From positions 192,001 to 256,000 of the forward strand of contig CBDBPB010000007.1 of NCBI GenBank assembly GCA_965208615.1: a stretch of 64,000 bases of DNA. The letters are read 5' to 3'. Within the stretch, counting starts at the first letter, position 1. Every line of letters begins with the position of its first letter. Below are positions 30,301 to 38,803 of this stretch, piece after piece. The position numbers were made by a program, and so were the translations under genes. The notes beneath the pieces are model-generated. The model did no database searches. It was not told the origin of the DNA and worked only from the letters and a program-made list of their open reading frames with translations. The stretch is from Spirochaetota bacterium (GTDB taxonomy: Bacteria > Spirochaetota > UBA6919 > CBDBPB01).

Positions 30301-31290
30301 CAGGAAAGCGACAGCATTAAAATTGCAAATCGTTTTTATAGTTATTCTGATAAGTGGTCAAGGCATAGAAAGAGAATGATAAGAGGTCTTCTTACGGGTA
30401 TTGGTGGCAGTTATTATTTAAAAGAACATAGGCAGGATATTGACCCTGTTTTTAGAGGGGATAAAGATCCACGTAAAAGGCTAATTTTTATTCATATGCT
30501 AAGAAGGCTAATTCCTGATAAGTCTATGTATGCTACTATATTAAGGCTTATTAGAGAAGTGGAAACAGTTGATCAAAGGCCTTATTATTATAAGGATATT
30601 GTTGCAAAGACTCAAATTAAGATTGTTTTTCATGAGCTTTTAAAGCTACAGCGTCTTATAATGAGAAGAAAGTTAGTAGAAAAGATTAGAAGGGCTGAAA
30701 ATAAGAAGTTATTGGCTGAGATACCAAAAGGGGCTTTTTTATCTCTTGTTGTAAGAGTTGATGCTGAATGGGATCCTTTTAGAATACCTCTTAGAAGTCC
30801 TCTTCCTAGGTTAGATAAAAGTGGTATTTTGGCTGGTGGATATAAAGGAATGTTTTTTAATGCAAGTGATATTGATATGATTGCTGCGGGATTAAATCAT
30901 AAAAACTTTTTAGTTCAGCGAGAGGTTGCCAGGTGGATAGTTACTTTTTATAATCAGAATAGGGGTACACATATTCCTTCACCTGATAATAGTGGTTCTG
31001 GTGTAATGTATACTACGCAGTTCCTTAAATATATTGCTGAGGCTGAAGCTAAAGATATTATTTATTACGAACGAAACTATGTTAAGTGGCGGTATACAAA
31101 GGGATATACGGGTGAGCATAATGTTTCTAAGGCAACTGAATATGTAGATGATAAAAATAAGCCAATTGCCAGAGATGCTAAAATAGGTACTCCTGTTGGG
31201 AGAATCCCTGTTAGAATTGGTAGCTGGGCAGATAGAGACTTATTTAGAAAGCTTGATAGAGATCGTATTCGATTTACCGAAAATAAATAG
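27342..31290 (+). CDS. Large secreted protein (about 1315 aa if rejoined) with two copies of a HEAT-like domain and a repeat linker; split by one extra A
   Basis: Signal peptide ending VFS|Q; ORFs 27342..28991 and 29242..31290 join by removing one A from the A8 run at 28976-28983 (second frame is open from 28984 through the repeats); both halves share DPR.RL....LRRLIPD..M.......ETV. Confidence 0.7.
29001..29210 (+). repeat. 7 copies of a 30-bp coding repeat, EKKDVKSET(A/T)
   Basis: aaaaaaagatgtaaaaagcgagact(g/a)ctga tandem, last copy degenerate. Confidence 0.97.
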
Positions 31291-31324
31291 TTATTTATCA
31301 CTTTAATTATAAAGTTAGAAATAT

Positions 31325-31469
31325 GGTGAAGTTTATCTTCACCTTCTACCCTATGCTAATAATGGAGTATTAAAATCGATTAAAACCTTTGTTAGAGTAG
31401 TTTTATACAAGAATTAAGGTATATATTAGTTGTTGGCATAAGGTAGAGGAAATCAAGTCGGTGACTTGA
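31325..31469 (+). ncRNA. Candidate structured intergenic RNA element
   Basis: Hairpin GGTGAAG/CTTCACC, a ~20-bp long-range stem 31343-31363/31429-31449 with G-U pairs on the + strand, inner stem TAAAAC/GTTTTA, hairpin TCAAGTC/GACTTGA. Confidence 0.5.
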
Positions 31470-31535
31470 CTCTATGTTGAAGTTAGGAAAGCTAATTTCA
31501 ATTGTTAAGATTTATAAGAATGGAGGACTCAAAAA

Positions 31536-32966
31536 ATGAAGAAGGTTATTTTTTTGACTTTACTTGTATTGGTTTTTGCCGTACAAAGTTTTGCTCAGTC
31601 CTTAGAGGATGACTATGATAGAAGAGAGGGTGCTGTTGATCCTTTTGAAAGCGAAGATAAAGGTACTCAGGACAAGAAAATTGAACAGATTATTGCAAGG
31701 ATTAATAGGGGTGATCAAACTGTATTAAGACTGGTTACTTTTGATACTTTTCAACTTGTTCATAATCGTTTACTTGCAAAGGCTAAGGCTGTTGGTGGTA
31801 GTGCTAAGTATTACCATATTGCTGGTAGTAGAAGGGCTCTTTCTGCTTATATTGGAGGTTTTGATAATCAAGACCCTAAGGTTCGTCTAAAATGTATTGG
31901 TTATCTTGGTGACTGGGTAGATGAAGTAGGAAAGGATTTGGGGTTAATTGAAAAAGAAATTGATAAACGTTTGAGTAGTAATATTGAAACAAGAAAAGAA
32001 GTACGATACGGTTATCGGGTTCTTAAGATGAAGATTGTTAGGAGAAAGGTTATTACTTCTTTAAAGAAGGGTAATGAGAATGTTTTAGTAAAAATTACTC
32101 CTGAAGAGTTTTTACCTTTAGTATTTTATGAGCCAAGGATTAAGACTATTTATCTTGGAAACTCTAAGAGTGTTAGAATTAGAAGTATTGTATTGGATTC
32201 TGGGGTTAAGCCTGATGATGGTCAATTAGTTGCTCCTAATCCTGGTAGGAGTGAGGGCTTAGATATTGAAAGAATTTGTTATAAGTCTGTAACTTTATCT
32301 AAGATTGGTGATCTTGGTGAAGTTGCTCAGTGGATACAAGATGCTGGTGGGAATCCTCAGGATGTTGTTAATACTACTAGTACTGTAAAGACTAACCAGG
32401 GGATAGACTGGAACTGTGTTAGGGCTATATATAGTGGTGTAGATAACAAGAGTTTGTTTGTTAGAGAGCATTCTATTAGAATATTCTTAAACTATATAAA
32501 AGGCTTCACTGGCGATCCTAATTATAATGGTGCTGGAACTCGAAAGCTTAATAAGGAGCTTGAGAAAATGGCTACTGGACCTCGTTATGTGAGGATAGCA
32601 CAAGTTGCGTGGGATAATGTTAAATGGGCTGAGTTTTATTATTCTGACTTTGTGAATAATAACTTAGGAGACTTTATTCGAAACAAACATTATATGGAGT
32701 ATGGTAAGAAATACAACATAAGCAAGCGATATTTTACTGATAGCGTTAAGAATGGCTATCCTGAGTGGGGTACTGAGGTTAGTGGTAACTACAGAAACGA
32801 TGTTAAAGAGCTAAATCGTATTTTAGGTTTATCGTGGTATTTAGACGCTGAATATGTTAGAATACAGCAACAACAGCAACAAGTTGAAGCTGTTGGAAAA
32901 AGTCGTGTTGAGACTCTATTTGATCATCCTAATAGAGAGGACAGTATTGAAGGTGAATTAAGATAA
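31536..32966 (+). CDS. Secreted protein, paralogous HEAT-like domain to the upstream large protein
   Basis: GGAGG RBS; signal peptide ending SFA|Q; RINRGD..GFDNQDPKVRLKCI..ET..LKKGNENVL..GVDNKSLFVRE aligns by eye with both halves of 27342..31290. Confidence 0.75.
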   Translation: MKKVIFLTLLVLVFAVQSFAQSLEDDYDRREGAVDPFESEDKGTQDKKIEQIIARINRGDQTVLRLVTFDTFQLVHNRLLAKAKAVGGSAKYYHIAGSRRALSAYIGGFDNQDPKVRLKCIGYLGDWVDEVGKDLGLIEKEIDKRLSSNIETRKEVRYGYRVLKMKIVRRKVITSLKKGNENVLVKITPEEFLPLVFYEPRIKTIYLGNSKSVRIRSIVLDSGVKPDDGQLVAPNPGRSEGLDIERICYKSVTLSKIGDLGEVAQWIQDAGGNPQDVVNTTSTVKTNQGIDWNCVRAIYSGVDNKSLFVREHSIRIFLNYIKGFTGDPNYNGAGTRKLNKELEKMATGPRYVRIAQVAWDNVKWAEFYYSDFVNNNLGDFIRNKHYMEYGKKYNISKRYFTDSVKNGYPEWGTEVSGNYRNDVKELNRILGLSWYLDAEYVRIQQQQQQVEAVGKSRVETLFDHPNREDSIEGELR

Positions 32967-32991
32967 ATATTATAAATATTTATTAATTGAG

Positions 32992-33022
32992 AAAGAGGGT
33001 CTTAATATGACCCTCTTTTTTT
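32992..33022 (+). terminator. Rho-independent terminator
   Basis: AAAGAGGGTC-ttaatat-GACCCTCTTT followed by a T-run, just after the 32966 stop. Confidence 0.9.
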
Positions 33023-33144
33023 ATATGGTTATGATGTTTTATAGTTAACTAAAGCTATTAAGAGTATTACACCCTGTTATTTATTAACTTAGATGATTAT
33101 CAGTATAAAATAATTGACTTTTAAGAATAGTTTTGTTAATTTTC

Positions 33145-33210
33145 AGTATAATTTTTCACTTATAAAATTAGATAATAAGTATAATTTTTCACTTATAAAA
33201 TTAGATAATA
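33145..33210. repeat. Perfect 33-bp tandem duplication in a 5' region
   Basis: agtataatttttcacttataaaattagataata twice. Confidence 0.95.
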
Positions 33211-33223
33211 ATATGTATACGAA

Positions 33224-34231
33224 ATGAGTAATCCCTTGAATAAAGATATTCCAATTGGATTAGAAGAGCTTTTTGAGCTTATTAAAGAGCCTATTAATAC
33301 TATTGAAAAGCGTTTTAAAAAGCTGATTTATAGCGATAATCCTATTATACAAGAAATGATTGATTATGTATTTGCTCAAGCTGGTAAAAGGTTAAGGCCT
33401 GCTTTAGTTTTTATTAGTTCTATGATATGGAAATCGGATTATTATAATAAAATAATTGATATAGCATTGAGTATAGAGTTAATACATATTGCTACTCTTG
33501 TTCACGATGATGTTATTGATAGGTCTGACTTAAGAAGAGGTATAGAGACATATAATAAAAAATGGGGTAGTAGTACTGCTTCGGTATTATTTGGCGATTT
33601 TCTTTTTAGCAGAGCGTTTATGATTTTAACTAGTCTGGGCAATTTTAAAATTATAGAAAATCTTACTAGGACTACGTCAGAGATCTGTGAAGGCGAGATT
33701 ATGCAGAGCCTTTTGAAAGAGAGTTATGATATAACCGTAGAAAGGTATTTAAATATTATTCGTTATAAGACTGCCTCACTTATTGCAGAGAGCTGTAGGA
33801 TTGGTGTTATTTATAGCAATTTTGGTAAAGATATGGAAAATATACTTTATCAATTTGGTTTAAACTTAGGGATGGCATTTCAGATTTATGATGATTATCT
33901 CGATTTTAATGCCAAGCAAGAGGTTTTGGGAAAACCTATTTTGAATGACCTTGATAATGGATATATAACTCTACCAATTATTCATCTTTTGAATAGAACT
34001 GATAACGGACAACGGGGTCAAATTATTAATAAGCTTAATAATTATTTGCTTGCTAAGGAGTATCATAAGGTTAGGGATTTATTAAATGAGAGTAATAGTT
34101 TAAAATATACTCTTGATACTGCTAATAATCATGTTAGTAAGGCCGTTAGTTATTTGGATAAGGTAAAAGATTATGAATTAAAAATGTATTTGACTGAAGT
34201 TGCTGGTTATATTACGGCTAGGGCGTATTGA
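33224..34231 (+). CDS. Long-chain polyprenyl diphosphate synthase (IspB/HepT family)
   Basis: GKRLRP, ELIHIATLVHDDVID, KTASL, AFQIYDDYLD. Confidence 0.93.
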   Translation: MSNPLNKDIPIGLEELFELIKEPINTIEKRFKKLIYSDNPIIQEMIDYVFAQAGKRLRPALVFISSMIWKSDYYNKIIDIALSIELIHIATLVHDDVIDRSDLRRGIETYNKKWGSSTASVLFGDFLFSRAFMILTSLGNFKIIENLTRTTSEICEGEIMQSLLKESYDITVERYLNIIRYKTASLIAESCRIGVIYSNFGKDMENILYQFGLNLGMAFQIYDDYLDFNAKQEVLGKPILNDLDNGYITLPIIHLLNRTDNGQRGQIINKLNNYLLAKEYHKVRDLLNESNSLKYTLDTANNHVSKAVSYLDKVKDYELKMYLTEVAGYITARAY

Positions 34232-34240
34232 GGCTCTAAC

Positions 34241-35974
34241 TTGGCTCATATATGGAACTTTCCACAAAAATCACCCAAAAGTTATCATAAACTGTTAGAC
34301 AAGCTAAATATTGGATATACCATAGGACAAATACTATGGAATAGAGGATATTCAAGCGAAAAGAAAATAATACAATTTTTAAGCCACGACATTCTACTAA
34401 AGACCCACCAAATAAAGTATATTAAGGATATGGATAAAGCACTTAATAGAGTGTCCAAAGGGCTAAGGGATAATGAGAAGATAGTTATATATGGTGATTA
34501 TGATGTTGATGGCATTACGTCTAGTGCACTTTTATATATTTTTTTTCTTGCCTATTCATATATCAAAGAAGTAAATATTGATGTTATTGCTATATTTCCA
34601 GATAGACTTACTGATGGATACGGTTTAAAAGTAGGCGGTATAAAAAAGGCTATTGATCTTAATGCTGAACTTATTATTACTGTGGATAACGGAATAAGTT
34701 CTTATGAGGCCGTAGAATATGCTAATAAAAGTAATGTTGATGTTATTATAATTGATCATCATAGGGTTCCTGATAATATACCTCCTGCTTGTGCTATAGT
34801 TAATCCTAGGCAAAAGGATTGTTTTTATCCTTATAAGGGTTTATCTGCAGTAGGGCTTGTTTATAAGCTGATAGAGGGGCTTTGTAAGGAGTTGTTTACC
34901 GAAGAATACGGAGAACGTTTTTTAAAAAGGTATATTGATTATGTTGCAATAGGAACTTATCAAGATATTGCTCCACTCGTTGGAGAGAATCGTTTTTTTG
35001 TTAAAAGGGGAATGGATTTAATTGAGGAGATTAAGAGTTCAAATAATACTAATTTAAGGGGTATTATTGAGTTACTTAAGGTTACTGGGAAGTTTAACGA
35101 TAAGATAAACACAAATATTCTTGGATTTTGTATTGGTCCTATGATTAATGCGGCTGGTAGAATTGGGGATCCTAGTATTGCATTTAAACTTTTGACTACA
35201 AGGGATCATAATGAGGCTAAGCTTTTGGCTGAGGAGTTAAATAAAATTAACATAAAGCGAAAAGAGCTGACTAAGAGGGCGCGTAAAGAGGCCGCTGATA
35301 TTATTAAGCGTGATGATTTAGAAAAAGAAAAAGTTATATTATTGGAGTCTAATACCTGGCATCAGGGGATTATAGGGCTTATAGCGCAGTATATATCCAG
35401 CAGTTATAAAAGGTCTTGTATTATAATGACTAATAATGATAAAGATTATTATACTGGTTCTGCAAGGAGCTATGGCAATTTTAATATGGGAGAGTTTATA
35501 AATAGTCTTAGGGAATATTTTAAATATCATGGTGGGCATAAAAAGGCGGCTGGCTTTTCTATAGATGAGGATAAGCTTTATTCTTTTAAAAAGGCTTTTT
35601 ATAAAAGTCTTGAGGGAGTTGTTATTGAGGATATAGAAATTAATATAGATGCAGTTGTCAATTTAGAAGGTCTTTTGGGCATTGATAAAGACTTAATACC
35701 GCTTGAGCCCTTTGGTGAGGCTAATCCTATTCCAGTAGTTGCAGTTTTGGAAACTAATATAAAAAGTATTAAAAAGTCTAAACGGGGTTTGGATAGTCTT
35801 ATAACGGTTTATCAGAATGAATATTCAATAGATCTTGTTGCATTTAATGAGACCAAATATATAGATGAATTTAAGGTTGATCAAAAAGTAGATATTGCTA
35901 TAAAGGTTTTTCCGAAGAATGACTATAGTGATTTAAAGTTAGAGATAATGGATATAAAAAACGCTATTCATTAG
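34241..35974 (+). CDS. recJ: Single-stranded DNA exonuclease RecJ
   Basis: YGDYDVDGITS, ITVDNG, IDHH, GPMINAAGR, GGHKKAAG, LEPFGEANP. Confidence 0.95.
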   Translation: MAHIWNFPQKSPKSYHKLLDKLNIGYTIGQILWNRGYSSEKKIIQFLSHDILLKTHQIKYIKDMDKALNRVSKGLRDNEKIVIYGDYDVDGITSSALLYIFFLAYSYIKEVNIDVIAIFPDRLTDGYGLKVGGIKKAIDLNAELIITVDNGISSYEAVEYANKSNVDVIIIDHHRVPDNIPPACAIVNPRQKDCFYPYKGLSAVGLVYKLIEGLCKELFTEEYGERFLKRYIDYVAIGTYQDIAPLVGENRFFVKRGMDLIEEIKSSNNTNLRGIIELLKVTGKFNDKINTNILGFCIGPMINAAGRIGDPSIAFKLLTTRDHNEAKLLAEELNKINIKRKELTKRARKEAADIIKRDDLEKEKVILLESNTWHQGIIGLIAQYISSSYKRSCIIMTNNDKDYYTGSARSYGNFNMGEFINSLREYFKYHGGHKKAAGFSIDEDKLYSFKKAFYKSLEGVVIEDIEINIDAVVNLEGLLGIDKDLIPLEPFGEANPIPVVAVLETNIKSIKKSKRGLDSLITVYQNEYSIDLVAFNETKYIDEFKVDQKVDIAIKVFPKNDYSDLKLEIMDIKNAIH

Positions 35975-36393
35975 CTATAAATATTTTAATCATACCAACG
36001 TTAATAATAAAAACATACCTAGTTAAAAAATAACCCTTATTTAAGAATACCATTGTATAATAATGAGATAGCCCAATAGGTTGGCTTAATTTTATACTAA
36101 GGCTAATAGAATAAAGATGTTTATTCATTTTGTTATAATATCTATACCTATAAAGAGTTTAAGATAAGTTTTTTATTAAATTTGAATTTTGGATATGTTA
36201 GGGTGTTTTAACAAATATGAAAGCTGTTTTTTTATGTGCTAATTAGATATTGAGTTGCATATTAAAATTTGTTATTGAGCTTTATATATTTGGATAGTTC
36301 ATTAGGCCATTTTAATAAGTGGTACTAAGTTTTATGAATAAGCTTACTAAAGTATAATAGGTTTTTTTAGGGTAAGATATTCTATATTAAAAT

Positions 36394-36888
36394 ATGGGTA
36401 GTACAATGACAGAAGCAGAGAGTGTAAAACAACATAATGAGGTTCAAATAGTAACCTTTCTTGTAGATACTGAAGAATATGGACTTGAAATCTTAAAAGT
36501 ACAAGAAGTTGTTAGATTGCCTTATATAACAAGATTACCAAGATCACCCCTTTTTATAAAGGGGGTTATTAATCTTAGAGGTAATATAATACCAATCGTT
36601 GACTTGAGAGAAAAGTTTGGTCTTAAAATAAGAAAATATGAAGGCTCTACAAGAGTGATAATTGTTGAGATCGGCGAAAAGAAAGTAGGTATGATTGTGG
36701 ATATTGTAGCACAGGTTATTAATGTTTTAAAAGATAGTATAGCACCGCCTCCGCCTATGGTAAGCGGAATTGCTAGTGAGTATTTATCCGGAGTTGTTAG
36801 ACTAGAAAAAAGACTAATTATGCTATTAAGAATCGAGGAAGTTATCTTTTCTGACCAGATAATTAACATGGATAAAAAAGGACTATAG
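36394..36888 (+). CDS. cheW: Chemotaxis coupling protein CheW
   Basis: EYGLEILKVQEV, GVINLRGNIIPIVDL. Confidence 0.96.
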   Translation: MGSTMTEAESVKQHNEVQIVTFLVDTEEYGLEILKVQEVVRLPYITRLPRSPLFIKGVINLRGNIIPIVDLREKFGLKIRKYEGSTRVIIVEIGEKKVGMIVDIVAQVINVLKDSIAPPPPMVSGIASEYLSGVVRLEKRLIMLLRIEEVIFSDQIINMDKKGL

Positions 36889-36906
36889 ATTAACTTTAGG
36901 GATATA

Positions 36907-37710
36907 ATGTATAAGATGACCCACTTCAAACGTTTTTCAGATAAAGAGTTTAAAGAGTTTTGCAAATATATTTACGATAATGTTGGCATTAACCTAACAG
37001 ATAAAAAATATAGTCTTGTTCATAATAGGCTTAGGTCTAGGTTGGTAAAGTATAACTTTAATAGTTATGGAGACTATTTTAACTTTGTAAAAGAAGATAA
37101 AGAAAATGATGAGCTTACTAATTTAATAAATGCTATAACTACTAATGTAACCACGTTTTTTCGCGACAGAAATCAATTTAATACTTTTTCACAATTAGTA
37201 TTACCATATTTTGAGCAAAAGCATACTAATATAAACATTTGGAGTGCCGGGTGTTCAACCGGAGAAGAGCCATATAGTATTGCTATAGAAATATTAAAAC
37301 ATACAACTAACATAAAATTTAAAATTCATGCCACTGATATAAGTACAAAAGTATTAGATAGTGCTTCTGCTGGAATATATTCTAAAGAACAAATAAAAAC
37401 TGTTGAAGAACATTATCTAAGAAGATTCTTTATAAAACGGAATGATAAATTTGAAGTTTTACCAAAGGTAAAAGAAAATGTACAATTTTATAAACTTAAT
37501 TTAGTCGAGGATAAATTTCCTCCTAGAATGGATATTGTTTTTTGTAGGAACGTTGTTATTTACTTTGATAAAGACACCAGGGATAAGCTATATAAAAAGT
37601 TTTATGACAGCCTAAATCAAGATGGATTCTTTTTTGTTGGACATTCTGAGTCATTATTTACGAATAAGCTTTTTAAATTCTTCAGACCTTCAGTATACAA
37701 AAAGGCTTAG
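36907..37710 (+). CDS. cheR: Chemotaxis methyltransferase CheR
   Basis: TTNVTTFFRD, WSAGCSTGEEPYS, FCRNVVIYF, GHSE. Confidence 0.97.
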   Translation: MYKMTHFKRFSDKEFKEFCKYIYDNVGINLTDKKYSLVHNRLRSRLVKYNFNSYGDYFNFVKEDKENDELTNLINAITTNVTTFFRDRNQFNTFSQLVLPYFEQKHTNINIWSAGCSTGEEPYSIAIEILKHTTNIKFKIHATDISTKVLDSASAGIYSKEQIKTVEEHYLRRFFIKRNDKFEVLPKVKENVQFYKLNLVEDKFPPRMDIVFCRNVVIYFDKDTRDKLYKKFYDSLNQDGFFFVGHSESLFTNKLFKFFRPSVYKKA

Positions 37711-37732
37711 TTATGTATGGGGATAATTATTA

Positions 37733-38803
37733 ATGGATAAGAAAGTTAAAGTAATGATTGCTGATGATTCTCCTTTAGCAAGAAAGATATTTAAGGATAT
37801 AATTAACTCAGAACCGGCATTTGAAGTAATTGCTACTGCTAATAATGGAAAAATTGCCTTATCTAGAGCTAAGGTATTAAAACCTAATATCTTAATTTTA
37901 GATATTGCTATGCCAGAAGTGGACGGATTTGAAGTTCTTAAGGAAATTGTAAAAAATAAATATGACATAAAAGTATTAATGATAAGCGGCTTAGCCGGTG
38001 AAGGAGCATCATTAGTCTTAAAAGCTCTTGATATGGGAGCCCTAGACTTTATTTCAAAACCATCTGGCAAGAGTATTAATCTTATAGAGCTTTCTGAGGT
38101 ATTAAAAGAAAAGATTTATGCCATTGCTGAGGCTGATGTTAAAAAAATTAAAAGGGGCTATAAGGTACTTAAGCCCATTAAAAAACATATTCACAAGGTT
38201 GCTAAAACTTCTAGTATACCAAAGCAGATTATTGTTTTTGGAACATCTACCGGCGGACCTAATGCCCTAAAGGATGTTTTTCAGGATAACAATTTACCAG
38301 AGGATTGTGCTTATCTTATTGTTCAGCACATGCCAAAGGAGTTTACAGGCTTATTTGCTGAGAGATTGAATCAGGTTTCTAAAATACTCATGAGTGAGGC
38401 TAAAAATAAAGAGCCTATTTTAGCTGGTAGAGGCTATATAGCCTCTGGAGACTCACATTTAGAAGTCGAATTTGTAAATGGAGTTCCTTATACAAAACTT
38501 TTTAAGTCAGAAAAAGTATCTGGTCATATGCCTTCTATAGATGTGCTTTTTGATTCTGTCGCTAGGAATTGTGCTAATAATTCCATAGCTATTATAATGA
38601 CTGGAATGGGTAGTGACGGAGCTAGTGGAATAGAAGCTATTCATAAAAATGGTGGAAAAACTATTGCTCAAGATAAAAAATCTTCAGTAGTTTTTGGAAT
38701 GAATAAAGAGGCTATTAAAAAAGGTGCTATTGATAATGTAGTACCATTAGAAAAAATACCAAATATGATTAGCTATTTTGTTAATCAAAAAGTGAGACCA
38801 TGA
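37733..38803 (+). CDS. cheB: Chemotaxis methylesterase CheB (REC + methylesterase)
   Basis: LDIAMP, GTSTGGP, QHMP, TGMGSDG. Confidence 0.97.
   Translation: MDKKVKVMIADDSPLARKIFKDIINSEPAFEVIATANNGKIALSRAKVLKPNILILDIAMPEVDGFEVLKEIVKNKYDIKVLMISGLAGEGASLVLKALDMGALDFISKPSGKSINLIELSEVLKEKIYAIAEADVKKIKRGYKVLKPIKKHIHKVAKTSSIPKQIIVFGTSTGGPNALKDVFQDNNLPEDCAYLIVQHMPKEFTGLFAERLNQVSKILMSEAKNKEPILAGRGYIASGDSHLEVEFVNGVPYTKLFKSEKVSGHMPSIDVLFDSVARNCANNSIAIIMTGMGSDGASGIEAIHKNGGKTIAQDKKSSVVFGMNKEAIKKGAIDNVVPLEKIPNMISYFVNQKVRP

Noticed and set aside
26434-33022. Genomic island or prophage integrated at the tRNA-Met genes
   Set aside because: No integrase, no duplicated tRNA 3' end seen, no phage or transposase genes
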